Part shown: positions 46,839 through 56,729 of the stretch, piece by piece | Layout: each line of letters starts with the position of its first letter | Position numbering within the stretch: position 1 is the first letter of the stretch | Origin: Thermoanaerobaculia bacterium | Lineage (GTDB): Bacteria > Acidobacteriota > Thermoanaerobaculia > Multivoradales > Multivoraceae | Reading direction: 5' to 3' | DNA length: 64,000 nt | Assembly (NCBI GenBank): GCA_963666565.1 | Contig: OY762911.1 | Coordinates: forward strand, 1,760,001 to 1,824,000 | Translations under genes and position numbers: made by a program | The notes under the pieces: generated by a model | Database searches by the model: none | Seen by the model: the letters and a program-made list of their open reading frames with translations, nothing else | What the model was told of the DNA's origin: nothing

Positions 46839-48170
46839 CTAGTCGACGATGGCTTGGTACGTCAGGCTCTGAAGGTCTTGGCGGATGTTCAGGTGGGTGT
46901 AGGGCCGCACCTGGGTCATCAGGATGCCGATCAGTTCCTCCGCGGGATCGACCCAGAAGACGGTGCAGAACGCGCCGCCCCAGGAGTAGGACCCGACGGA
47001 CGCCGGCATCGCCGAGGCGCCCTTGTCGGTCACCACGCTGTAGCCGAGGCCGAAGCCGTAGCCGGGACCGCGCAGCCAGAGGCCGTTGTCGCCGGTGTGG
47101 TTCGACGTCATCAGTTCGACCGTCTTGCGGCCGAGGATGCGCTCGCCGTCCAGCTCGCCGCCGTTCAGCATCATCTGGTGGAAGCGGTAGTAGTCGGCCG
47201 CGGTGGAGACCAGGCCGCCGGAACCGCTGAAGTACCTGTGGGGCTCGCGCACGTGCCGGGCGTCGGTGTCCGGCGCCTCGGTGAGGACGATCCTGCCGTC
47301 CTCGCCCGGCCGGTAGAGCGCGGCGAAGCGGCCGACCTTCGACTCGGGCAGGTAGAAGTACGTGTCGACCATGCCCAGGGGCTCGAAGATGCGCTCCTTC
47401 AGATACTCGTCCAGGGTCTGGCCGGACAGGACCTCGACCATCCGCCCGACGACGTCGACGGACGGGCCGTACTGCCAGGCGTCGCCGGGGTTAAACTCGA
47501 GCGGCAACTCGGCGAGGGCGGCGACGAAGTCGCCGACCGTCCATTCTGGGTCGCGCTCGTTGCGCAGCTTGGCGTAGTCGGCGGTCAGCAGCCCGCGGTA
47601 GCTGTTCGCGAAGCCGGCGGTGTGGGTCAGGATGTGCTGGACCGTGATCGGCCGCGCCGCCTGGACGAGCTTGTAGGGGGCGCCCAGGTACTCGTCGGCG
47701 TCGGGAACCGTCGCGACCCGCATCTCGGCGAACTCGGGCAGGTACTTCGCGATCGGATCCCGAAGCTGGAACCGACCCTCCTCGTAGAGCGTCATCAGCG
47801 CGACGGAGGCGATCGGCTTGGTCATCGAGGCGATTCGGAAGATCGTGTCCCGGGTCATCGGGGCGCCTTCCTCGGTCCAGCGTTCGCCCTGGGCTTCGAA
47901 GTGGACGACCTTGCCGCGGCGTGCGACGAGAGTCACGGTGCCGGCGACCTGCCCGCGGTCGATGTAGGCGCCGACCGCCTCGGAGAGCCGCTTGAGACGC
48001 TCGCTCGACATGCCGGCGCTCTCCGGTTCGGTGATCGGCAGCGGAGACGGCGCCGCCTGGTCGGCCGCCGCGGTCGGCGGGGCGGCCACTGCGGTGCCGG
48101 CGAACAGGCCGGCGAGGAGGAACGCGGCGGCGGGCAGCACGGGGACACGGCTACGTCGGTCGAGGATCAT
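46839..48170 (-). CDS. Serine hydrolase, beta-lactamase/esterase class C-like, secreted
   Basis: FRIASMTK (SxxK), LTHTAG, WQYG, WGGA; signal peptide. Confidence 0.9.
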   Translation of the reverse strand: MILDRRSRVPVLPAAAFLLAGLFAGTAVAAPPTAAADQAAPSPLPITEPESAGMSSERLKRLSEAVGAYIDRGQVAGTVTLVARRGKVVHFEAQGERWTEEGAPMTRDTIFRIASMTKPIASVALMTLYEEGRFQLRDPIAKYLPEFAEMRVATVPDADEYLGAPYKLVQAARPITVQHILTHTAGFANSYRGLLTADYAKLRNERDPEWTVGDFVAALAELPLEFNPGDAWQYGPSVDVVGRMVEVLSGQTLDEYLKERIFEPLGMVDTYFYLPESKVGRFAALYRPGEDGRIVLTEAPDTDARHVREPHRYFSGSGGLVSTAADYYRFHQMMLNGGELDGERILGRKTVELMTSNHTGDNGLWLRGPGYGFGLGYSVVTDKGASAMPASVGSYSWGGAFCTVFWVDPAEELIGILMTQVRPYTHLNIRQDLQSLTYQAIVD

Positions 48171-48233
48171 GGGCGACTCCCTGAGATTGTGGCTGTGGTC
48201 TTCGGGGCTTGACGGTTCGACGCCTCGCGCTGG

Positions 48234-51116
48234 TCATCGTCTGGCTCTGGGCGTCAGCGTCGTCGTGTGACGTTCGCCGTCGCGCACGTAGACGACTTCG
48301 ATCGGTTCGTCGACCTTCACGGCGTCGAGGGCGTAGGTGTAGTCGTAGATGTTGGCGATCGTCTGGCCGGCGAACTCGACGATCACGTCGCCGCCCTGAA
48401 GCCCCGCCTCGGCGGCCGGGCCGCCCTCCATCACGCCGCCCAGCAGCAGGCCTTCCACCTCGCTGGCGTAGTCGGGGATGGTGCCGGTGTAGGCGCGCAC
48501 GGTGTCGCGGCTGCCGCCCTGCTGGAGCGTCCGCTCGACCTTGGCGAACTCCAGCGGCTCTGCCCGGTTCGCGGCGCGGCGCGCGAGCAGGGCGGCGAAG
48601 CGGGCCACCCGCTCCAGGTCGTCGTAGTTGATGCGGTCCGCCGTGTCGGTCGGCCGGTGGTAGTCCTCGTGGGATCCGCTGAACAGGTTGACGGTCGGAA
48701 CGCCGGCGTTGTTGAAGCTCGAGGTGTCGGTCGGCAGGTACGGGTCGGTCTGCATGCCCAGATCGAAGCCCACCGGGACGTTGGCGGCTTCGACCAGCCC
48801 CGTCCAGTCGGGACTGGAACCGACCGCCTGGACGGTCAGCCGGTTGTCGCGGACGCGGCCGACCATGTCGAGGTTGACGTAGGCCGCGATGTCGTCGGCC
48901 CGGATGACGGCGTCGTCCACGAAGTCCGCCGAGCCCAGCAGGCCCAGTTCCTCGCCCGACCAGAAGGCGAGCGCGACGTTCCGGTCGTGGCCCATTTCCC
49001 GCAACTGGCGCGCGGCCGCGAGCACCGCCGCCGTGCCCGAGGCGTTGTCGTCGGCGCCGAGGTGAATGGCGTCCTTCTCGTCCGGCCGGGCCAGCGAGTT
49101 GCCGCCGCGGCCCCGGCCGAGGTGGTCGTAGTGGGCGCCGACGACGACCCACGGCCTGGCGAGGCTCCCCGCCTTGCCGCCGGGCAGGACGGCGACCACG
49201 TTCCGCGCCGTGCCGCGCTCCCGCTCGATCTCCGTCTTCAGCGCGACGCGGACGGCCGGAAGCTCGAACCCCGCGTTGTGCGGGTTGCCGTCGTCGAAGC
49301 TCTTCTGGATCTCATCGAGTTCGCGGCCTGTGCCGGCGAACAGCGCGTCCGCGACCTCCCCGCCGATGCTGGCGGCGGCGACTCCCGAGCCGGCCGCCGC
49401 GGTGTCGAAGGCCATGGGAATCGTCTCGCCGGCGTTGGGCGAGCGCGGCCCGGTCAGGACGAGAAGCCCCACGGCGCCTGCTTCGCGTGCGGTCAGGGCC
49501 TTGTAGCGGAGCCCCGAGTAGCGGTTGAGGATGGACCGCGCCTCGCCCTCGAGGTCCTCGGGGACGTAGCGCAGGACGACGGCGATCTTGCCGCTGACGT
49601 CGAGCGTGGCGTAGCTGTCGTAGCCGAAGTCCTGGGAATCCGGCACCCGGATGCCGTAACCGGCGAACACGGCCTCGCCTTCGACCTCCGTCGAGTCGGA
49701 GAAGCCGAGCGCCTGGATCTGCGTGTGGTCGCTGAACGCGGCAGCGCCGCCCTCGGTCTCGATGCGGATCGTCGAGCCCGTGTCGCGGGCGCCGGAGGTG
49801 AACTCGAAGTCGAGCAGCAGGTCGTCTTCGCCGGGCAGCGGCTCGGCGCCGAGCGCCGCAAGTTGCTCGGCCAGGTACGCGGCGGCCCGCCGCTCGCCTT
49901 CCGTGCCCGTCAGCCGGCCGCCGAACTCGGGCGAGGCGAGGGTGGTGACGTGGCTCTCGAGCGCTGACCGTGGATCGGCCGGCGTTGCGCCGCGGCCGGA
50001 GGCTTCGCGGTCCGGCGAGGCCGCGAGGGCCGCGAGCGCGGCCTCGTGATTCCAGTCGGCGATGTAGAGCTGGCCGCCGTCGCCGCCGTGGCGGCTGGAG
50101 GTCCACGCGAGCCGGCGGCCGTCCGGCGACGGAACGGGCAGGCCGTCGAAGCGGTCGGTGTAGGTGACGCGGACCGGTTCCTTCGTCCCCTCCGTGTCGA
50201 CGATGAAGACCTCGAAGTTCTCGAAGCCGAGCTTGTTCGAGGCGAAGAAGATGTACTCGCCGGAAGGGTGCTGGTACGGCGCCCAGCTCATCGCGCCGAA
50301 GTCCGTCAACTGCCGCTGGTCCGAGCCGTCCGGATTCATCGACCAGACGTCGGCGACGAGGCCGTCCTCGCTGAAGCGCCGCCAGACGATGCGGGAGCCG
50401 TCGGCGAAGAAGAAGGGGCCGCCGTCGTAGCCGGGCACGTTCGTGAGCCGCGTCTGTTCGCTGCCGTCGGCGCGCATGACGTAGATCTCGCCGAAGTAGG
50501 CGGGATCGACCTCGAGCAGGTTCTCTTCGCGCTCGGAGAGTTCCCGGTTGAAGGCGTCCCGCGTGGAGGCGAAGACGATCCACTCGCCGTCCGGGGAGTA
50601 GGCGCCTTCGGCGTCGTAGCCGCGCGCGCCGGTCAGGCGCCGCGGCTCGCCGCCGGCCATCGGCACTGCGTAGATGTCCATCTCCGGGTCGTAGTCCCAG
50701 GCGTAGCGCCGCTCCTGGCCCGAGGCGCGGAAGTCGAGTTCCTGTTGCTGCAGTTGGGCCGAGCGCGGGTCGTGGTGGGTCGACCCGTACAGGATCTCCG
50801 AGCCGTCCGGGCGAATGAAGGCGCAGGTCGTCTTGCCGATTCCGGTCGAGACTTCCCGGGTGTCGCCGGTGGCCAGATCGAGCAGGTAGATCTGGTAGAA
50901 CGGATTCTCGGGCCGCCGCTCGCTCTGGAAGACGAGCTGGCCGCCGTCGGCGGAGAAGTAGCCCTCGCCCGAGCGCCTGCCTTCGTAGATGAGGCGCCGG
51001 GTTCGTTCCAGGAAGGTGGCTTCGTCGAACTCGCCGTCCGCTGCGGACGCGGCAGTCGGGAGCGCTGCGAGGGCCGCGACGGCGAGCGCGGCGGTTCCGG
51101 CGTGAAGTTTCGGCAC
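48234..51116 (-). CDS. M28 aminopeptidase with TolB-like (PD40) propeller, PA and PDZ domains
   Basis: EGYFSADG and GYDAEGAYSPDG repeats; GAHYDHLG, GADDNASG, GEELGLLGS, NLDMVG, DYHRPTD; C-terminal PDZ. Confidence 0.9.
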   Translation of the reverse strand: MPKLHAGTAALAVAALAALPTAASAADGEFDEATFLERTRRLIYEGRRSGEGYFSADGGQLVFQSERRPENPFYQIYLLDLATGDTREVSTGIGKTTCAFIRPDGSEILYGSTHHDPRSAQLQQQELDFRASGQERRYAWDYDPEMDIYAVPMAGGEPRRLTGARGYDAEGAYSPDGEWIVFASTRDAFNRELSEREENLLEVDPAYFGEIYVMRADGSEQTRLTNVPGYDGGPFFFADGSRIVWRRFSEDGLVADVWSMNPDGSDQRQLTDFGAMSWAPYQHPSGEYIFFASNKLGFENFEVFIVDTEGTKEPVRVTYTDRFDGLPVPSPDGRRLAWTSSRHGGDGGQLYIADWNHEAALAALAASPDREASGRGATPADPRSALESHVTTLASPEFGGRLTGTEGERRAAAYLAEQLAALGAEPLPGEDDLLLDFEFTSGARDTGSTIRIETEGGAAAFSDHTQIQALGFSDSTEVEGEAVFAGYGIRVPDSQDFGYDSYATLDVSGKIAVVLRYVPEDLEGEARSILNRYSGLRYKALTAREAGAVGLLVLTGPRSPNAGETIPMAFDTAAAGSGVAAASIGGEVADALFAGTGRELDEIQKSFDDGNPHNAGFELPAVRVALKTEIERERGTARNVVAVLPGGKAGSLARPWVVVGAHYDHLGRGRGGNSLARPDEKDAIHLGADDNASGTAAVLAAARQLREMGHDRNVALAFWSGEELGLLGSADFVDDAVIRADDIAAYVNLDMVGRVRDNRLTVQAVGSSPDWTGLVEAANVPVGFDLGMQTDPYLPTDTSSFNNAGVPTVNLFSGSHEDYHRPTDTADRINYDDLERVARFAALLARRAANRAEPLEFAKVERTLQQGGSRDTVRAYTGTIPDYASEVEGLLLGGVMEGGPAAEAGLQGGDVIVEFAGQTIANIYDYTYALDAVKVDEPIEVVYVRDGERHTTTLTPRARR

Positions 51117-51741
51117 GATGATCTCTTTCGACTGTCGACGAACTCGCGAGGCCGCGAGGCCCCGCCCTGGAAGCGGCGTCGGGCGAGTGTATCGACGCTC
51201 CCCGGGCGCGGGCCGACTGCTAGCGCGACGGCCCATGTGGAGCGGCCAGCCGATCTCTGTCCGGTTGCTTCTCGCCGCGCTGCCGCTCGTCGGCTGCGCC
51301 GGTCTGGCGGACCCGATCTCCGCGGCGGTCGTGCCGGCGGCGCCGGGCGGCGTCTACCGGGCCGTCCACGACCTCTACGTGGACGCCGCGGGGCCGCTGC
51401 GCTTCCCGGACGGGGAGGACGCCGTGACGCTCGACCTCGCGGTCGATGACGCGGATGGTGCGCTTGCCGTCGCGGAGGTCGCCCGCGCCGGGCGCGGAAC
51501 GGTGATCGACGTCGCCGCGTCCGGCGGCGGCGGCTTCTCGATCCGCCCGGCGGGCGGGGAGCGGCTGACGCTGTTCGGCATGGGCGGCGCCTCGGAACCC
51601 GGGGACTTCGCCGGCGAGTTGCAGTTCGACCTGTACGTGTTCGGCGACGGCACGGATCCGGCCAGCAGCCTGAAGGTCGGGCTCGACAGCGGCGACCTCG
51701 ATGCCGGCGCCGTCGACCTGCCGTTCGCAAGGCTCACGCCG

Positions 51742-51949
51742 GGGGAGGGTCCCGTCGGACGCTCACCCCCTCCCGGAGAATGGTGGGGTAGGGGTTCGCT
51801 TCGGTCGACTGCGCTCCGCCGCACCGTTGGTCGATGGAAGATCATGGGCAGTCGTTTGTCTTCAGCCCGCCGGGACCCTCCCCCCGGACTCCCGTCGCAG
51901 ACTGAGCTGTGGTGGGCGTCACTTGCCTCCAGCCCGCTGGGACCCTCCC
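51742..51949. repeat. Cluster of GGGACCCTCCC-containing direct and inverted repeats
   Basis: CAGCCCGCyGGGACCCTCCC at about 51863 and 51930; inverted GGGAGGGTCCC at about 51743. Confidence 0.55.
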
Positions 51950-52001
51950 TCCGCTCCCCGTCCAGGCTGGACGCCGGCTGGGTGCCTGGGTGTACGCGGG
52001 C

Positions 52002-52149
52002 CGCTGGGTGCGCGGGTCTTCTGACCCGCCCCCGGGGCGAAACCGCGAAGCGGCGCAGCCCGGACAACAAGGCCGCCGGCCGGAGGCCGGCGACGATGTT
52101 TGAGGCCGCCTTCGGCGGCAGCGGGTCGGAAGACCCGCGCACCCAGCGG
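52002..52149. repeat. Inverted pair of REP-like elements upstream of the TBDR
   Basis: CGCTGGGTGCGCGGGTCTTCTGACCCGC (52002-52029) and its inverted partner ending GCACCCAGCG (52104-52149). Confidence 0.85.
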
Positions 52150-52172
52150 AGAAGTCTCGCTAGGGTAGACGA

Positions 52173-54521
52173 GTGATGGGCGCCTTGAAGTCGACCTTGT
52201 GTCGGCGAGTCCGCGGCCTGCCGGCGTGCCTCCTGGCGGCGGTTCTCGCCGGTCCTCTTGCCGCCGTTTCGGTGGGGCCCGAGCAGGAAGCCGCGGTCGC
52301 CGACGATGATCGGGCGGCCCACCACGGCCAGGTCGACGAACGGATCGACGTCGTCGGCCTCGCGCCGCTCGACCGGGCGGGCGAGCCGGCCGACCACGTT
52401 CCATGGAGCGTCCATCGCGTGGCGGCGGAAGCCCTCGACCTGTCGGCGGTCTCGGGCGTCGGCGCCCTGCTCGAGGCGGAACTGCCGGGCGTGAGCCTGG
52501 CGCCGGCCCAGGGGAGCGCCTTGCAGTCCGACGTTCTCTACCGGGGCTTCGGCGCCTCGCCGCTCCTGGGCGCGAACCAGGGGCTTTCCGTTTACGAAGA
52601 CGGCGTGCGGGTCAACGAGATCTTCGGCGACGTGGTGGCCTGGGACCTGGCGCCGACGTTCGCGGCCGAACAGGTGGAACTCCTGCCGGGCGCGAACCCG
52701 ATGTTCGGCCTGAACACGCTCGGCGGGGCGCTCGCCCTGACCACCCGGAGCGGCTTCGACTCGGAGCGGCTCGACCTGACGCTGGAGGCGGGTTCTTCCG
52801 GCCGCCGGGCGGGCGAGTTCGGCGCCGGCGGCGAGTTCGGCGCCGACGACGAGTACGGTTGGTTCGTTGGCGGTCGCTCCTTCGAGGAGGACGGCTGGCG
52901 CGACTTCTCGCCCAGCTCGCTGCGGCAGGCGTTGGCGAAGCTCTCGCATCGTGGCGAGCGCGAGCGGATCGACTTCGCGGTCGGCGTCGCGGACAACGAC
53001 CTGATCGGCAACGGCGTGACGCCGGTGGAACTGCTGGAAGTCGACCGCGCCGAGGTCTTCACGCATCCGGATCGGACCTGGAACGAGCTGTTCTTCCCGC
53101 GGCTGCGGATCGGCCGGACGATCGGACCGGGGCTTGAACTCGAAGCGCAGATCTACCTTCGCTCGAACGATGTCGCCACCTACAACGCGGACGCCTTCGA
53201 GGGCGACGACGACGATGAGGACGATGACCACGGTCATGACGACGACCACGATGACGACGGCGATCACGACGACGACCACGATCACGACGCCTTCGACGCG
53301 GTCAACAACCGGAGCCGCACCGAGCAGGAAGGCCTCGGCGGCTCAATCCAGATCTCCGGTCTGACCGAATCGGGCCGTTGGCTCGCCGGCGCCTCGTGGG
53401 ACGGCGGGCGCGCCGACTTCGCCTTCGAGACGGAACTCGCCTCGCTCACCGGCACCAGGACGACGATCGGCAGCGGCGTGCTGCTTCCCGGTTCCGAAGT
53501 CGGACTGAGAGCCGACACCGGCCACGCCGGCCTGTGGGCGCTGCGACACTGGACAACTGCCGGCAACCGGCTGACCTGGACCCTCCAGGCCCGCTACAAC
53601 GACAGCCGGATCGAGCTCAACGATCGACTGGGCACGGCGCTGGACGGCGATCATGGCTTCTCGCGGCTCGTGCCGTCGGCGGGCTTCGTTTGGGAGGCGC
53701 GAACGGAGGGTCGTTCATCGTTGCTCCTGTTCGGCAACGTGTCGCAGTCGTCCCGCGCGCCAACGCCGGTCGAGCTCACCTGCGCCGATCCGGACGACCC
53801 GTGCCGGCTGCCGAACGCCTTCGTCGCCGACCCGCCGCTCGACCAGGTGGTGACGACCAGCGCCGAACTCGGGCTCCGTGGAGGCGACGGTTCGCTGCGG
53901 TGGAGCGCGGCCCTGTTCCGCAGCGACAGCCGGGACGACATCGTCTTCGTCTCCAGCGGCGCCGGCACCAGCGCCGGCTACTTCACGAACGTCGACGCGA
54001 CCCGCCGCCAAGGGCTCGAACTGTGGCTGCGCGGCAGCCACGGCCGGCTGAACTGGGATGCCTCCTGCACGCTGCTCGACGCGACCTTCCAGGATCGCCT
54101 GACCCTGTCGAGTCCGCCGCACCCATTGGCCGAGGACGGAGAGATCGAGGTCGAACCGGGAGACTTCCTGCCCGCCGTGCCGCGACGCCAGTTCCGGGGC
54201 GCCGCCGACGTGAGAATCGGCGACCGGATGGTGCTGGGGGCGCGCCTGCTCGGCGACTCGACCCGCTACCTGCGAGGCGACGAGGCGAACCTGCTGGAGC
54301 CGGTCGGCTCGGCCTGGCGCGGCGACCTCTGGAGCCGCATCGAACTCACCCCGTCGCTCGACCTCGATCTCGAGGTGTCCAACGTGACGGACCGTGAGTA
54401 CGCGACGTTTGGCGCCCTTGGGGAACCCGACGAGGTGCTCGGCGACGGCTACGAGAGTCCGCGCTTCCTGAGCCCGGCCGAGCCGCGCGCGTTCCGCGCG
54501 TCGCTCCGGTTGCGACTCTGA
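52173..54521 (+). CDS. TonB-dependent receptor with an Asp/His-rich loop
   Basis: Signal peptide; plug YRGFGASPLLGANQGLSVYEDGVRVNE..GD; VELLPG; ELTCADPDDPCRLPNAF; C-terminal amphipathic strand. Confidence 0.9.
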   Translation: MMGALKSTLCRRVRGLPACLLAAVLAGPLAAVSVGPEQEAAVADDDRAAHHGQVDERIDVVGLAPLDRAGEPADHVPWSVHRVAAEALDLSAVSGVGALLEAELPGVSLAPAQGSALQSDVLYRGFGASPLLGANQGLSVYEDGVRVNEIFGDVVAWDLAPTFAAEQVELLPGANPMFGLNTLGGALALTTRSGFDSERLDLTLEAGSSGRRAGEFGAGGEFGADDEYGWFVGGRSFEEDGWRDFSPSSLRQALAKLSHRGERERIDFAVGVADNDLIGNGVTPVELLEVDRAEVFTHPDRTWNELFFPRLRIGRTIGPGLELEAQIYLRSNDVATYNADAFEGDDDDEDDDHGHDDDHDDDGDHDDDHDHDAFDAVNNRSRTEQEGLGGSIQISGLTESGRWLAGASWDGGRADFAFETELASLTGTRTTIGSGVLLPGSEVGLRADTGHAGLWALRHWTTAGNRLTWTLQARYNDSRIELNDRLGTALDGDHGFSRLVPSAGFVWEARTEGRSSLLLFGNVSQSSRAPTPVELTCADPDDPCRLPNAFVADPPLDQVVTTSAELGLRGGDGSLRWSAALFRSDSRDDIVFVSSGAGTSAGYFTNVDATRRQGLELWLRGSHGRLNWDASCTLLDATFQDRLTLSSPPHPLAEDGEIEVEPGDFLPAVPRRQFRGAADVRIGDRMVLGARLLGDSTRYLRGDEANLLEPVGSAWRGDLWSRIELTPSLDLDLEVSNVTDREYATFGALGEPDEVLGDGYESPRFLSPAEPRAFRASLRLRL

Positions 54522-55079
54522 AGGTGGAAGTCTGGAAGCCGTGGCGCGGTCCCAATCGTTCTGGGATCGGTCGCTCTTTGTCCGCGAAGTCTCTGGCGCC
54601 GTCGGTAGTCTCTCTCTGACGTTAGACTTCGAGGTGGCGGTATCCGACTCCGCGACTGCATCTGACGCCCACGGCCAGCAAGAGGCGTGCGGGCCAGCTT
54701 CGTTGGCTCCTACCACCAAGGCCAACGCCAGGAAGACGGCGAAGCGCTCCGACGGCAGGTCGATCTGGTCAGGCTCGTGTTGGCCTCAGCCGAGCTGGGC
54801 TAGTAAACGCAGAAGGTAGCCGGCCTCGCGCACCCGCTGCGAGCGTCGGGATTCGTGCGCGACGGTCAGTTCTCTCGCCTGAATCCTGCGTGGCGAAGCG
54901 GCGCCCGCCAGACGGCATTCCCGGGACTTCGTGGTCATCGGCCTCGTCCACTACCGGCTCAACTGTAAACGCCCCTTGTTCAAGGAGGCTAGACTGAACG
55001 GTCCTCCGATGGCGACCCCTGAAGATCTTCCCGCGCGCTCTCGACCCGACGCTTCGGGCGGCAGGCCGGGAGTGCGGCC

Positions 55080-55781
55080 TTGAAGCTCTACTGGTGTCCC
55101 GGCACCCGGGCGAACCGCGTCGTCTGGATACTCGAGGAGTTGGGCGTCCCGTACGAGACGGTCTACGTCGACATCTTCAAGCCGGAGCGAAGCGACGAGT
55201 TCCTGGCCGTGAGCCCGATGGGCAAGGTGCCGGCCCTGGACGACGGCGACGTCTGCATGTGCGATTCGGCGGCGATCTGCCTCTACCTGGCGGACCGCTA
55301 CGCGCCGGGCACGCTGGCGCCGGCCGTGGACGATCCCGACCGCGGGCGGTTTCTCCAGTGGATGATCTTCGCGCCCGGAGTCGTCGAACCGGCCGTGACC
55401 GAGACGTTCGGCGGCACGGCCGGCGACACCCGCGCCAACGGCTGGGGGGACTTCGACCGCATGGTCCGGACCTGGGAGCGGGGGCTGGGCGACAATCCCT
55501 GGATTCTCGGCCAGCGTTTCACGGCCGCGGACGTGATGCTCGGCGCCACGGGCGTGCTGTTCCAGCGCTTCAAGCTGTTCCGCGGTCATCCGGCCCTCTC
55601 GGACTACATTGCGCGCTGCGAACGGCGGGAAGCGTTCCGGAGGGCGCTCGCCGTGGACCGGGCGGGGCCGAAGAGTTTCCCCGCGCGAGTCCAGGCGCTC
55701 GCCATGGGCGCCGCCGCGTCCATGGTCTGGGCGCGCAAGCCGGCATACTGGTTGCTCGACCGTCTGCGGAAGCGAACGTGA
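55080..55781 (+). CDS. Glutathione S-transferase with a C-terminal extension
   Basis: YWCPGTR, SPMGKVPAL.D, DSAAICLYL, WILG.RFTAADVM. Confidence 0.9.
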   Translation: MKLYWCPGTRANRVVWILEELGVPYETVYVDIFKPERSDEFLAVSPMGKVPALDDGDVCMCDSAAICLYLADRYAPGTLAPAVDDPDRGRFLQWMIFAPGVVEPAVTETFGGTAGDTRANGWGDFDRMVRTWERGLGDNPWILGQRFTAADVMLGATGVLFQRFKLFRGHPALSDYIARCERREAFRRALAVDRAGPKSFPARVQALAMGAAASMVWARKPAYWLLDRLRKRT

Positions 55782-56362
55782 AGCTGTACTGGAGTCCGGG
55801 AACGCGGGCGATCCGGGCCGTCTGGATGCTCGAGGAAGCGGGGCTCGACTACGAGCGGGTTCCGGTCGACCTGAGTCGCTCGGAGCGCGGCCCCGAACTC
55901 CTCGCCGCGAGCCCGATGGGCAAGGTGCCCGCGCTCGAGGACGGAGACGTCCGGATGTGGGAGTCCGCGGCGATCTGCATGTACCTGGCCGATCGCTACG
56001 CTCCGGGCCGGCTCGCGCCGGCGGCGGACAGTCCGGACCGCGGCCTCTACCTGCAGTGGATGCTCTTCGCGCCGGGCGCGATCGAACCGGCCGCCGCGGA
56101 GAAGGAAGCCGGCCGGCTCAGCGTGCCGCGCGTGAACGGCTGGGGCAGCTTCGAGAAGACGATCGAGACCTGGGAGCGGGGCCTGGCCGGCGGCGCCTGG
56201 ATCCTGGGCGACCGGTTCACCGCCGCGGACGTCATGCTCGGGAGCTGCGCCATCGGGATGCGCGCCGCCGGCACGCTGCCGGCGTCCCCGGTGCTGGAGG
56301 CCTACGCCGATCGTTGTGCGTCGCGGGACGGGTACCGGCGGGCTCTGGCGGCCGACGGGTAG
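55778..56362 (+). CDS. Glutathione S-transferase
   Basis: YWSPGTR, SPMGKVPAL, ESAAICMYL, FTAADVM; GTGA overlap. Confidence 0.9.
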   Translation: MKLYWSPGTRAIRAVWMLEEAGLDYERVPVDLSRSERGPELLAASPMGKVPALEDGDVRMWESAAICMYLADRYAPGRLAPAADSPDRGLYLQWMLFAPGAIEPAAAEKEAGRLSVPRVNGWGSFEKTIETWERGLAGGAWILGDRFTAADVMLGSCAIGMRAAGTLPASPVLEAYADRCASRDGYRRALAADG

Positions 56363-56367
56363 AGTAG

Positions 56368-56625
56368 GCCGCGCCGTGGGCCAAGTGGGAGCTCGACGGC
56401 TTCGCGGCCCATTTTCGGCTCGGCGACTACGAGAACAGCATGGTCTTCGTCACGTTGGAGCGCCGCGCCACCGAGAATCTCGGGATCAACCCCAGCTACA
56501 AGAAGATCGTGGGGGACAACCCCCAGGATGCCTGGATCTGGGCCGTCAGGTATCACCTGCGACCCGCGTGGCGGCGTTCGGCTGCGGGCCAGGACGGGTT
56601 CGAGAGCGGCACGCGCGGCCCTTGA
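56368..56625 (+). pseudogene. Probable 3' fragment of a beta-barrel outer-membrane protein gene
   Basis: Gene-like codon bias; alternating strands (MVFVTLERR, LGINPSYK, WIWAVRYH); no signal peptide or N-terminus. Confidence 0.3.
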
Positions 56626-56729
56626 CGCTAGACTTGCCGTCCGCGTTCCATCCGTGCGCCCGGCAACGGGCATCCGGACCGATTCACGGGTGGCGCGGGC
56701 CGCGTCAGGCGGCTGCGCCTGGCATCACG

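Larger units (their letters stand above)
51235..52176 (+). pseudogene. Lipoprotein with a beta-sandwich (carbohydrate-binding-like) domain; 3' part degenerates into repeats
   Basis: Lipobox LVGC; gene-like codons to about 51740 (LQFDLYVFG, LKVGLDSG), then the frame runs through repeat-laden, non-coding-like DNA. Confidence 0.45.

Noticed and set aside
48234-51116. PD40-M28-PA-PDZ multidomain peptidase as a novelty
   Set aside because: This architecture is already commonly annotated in diderm bacteria
54525-54990. Intergenic region with short ORFs and a faint four-helix-bundle-like remnant
   Set aside because: No consistent frame, RBS or motif; cannot be supported without a search
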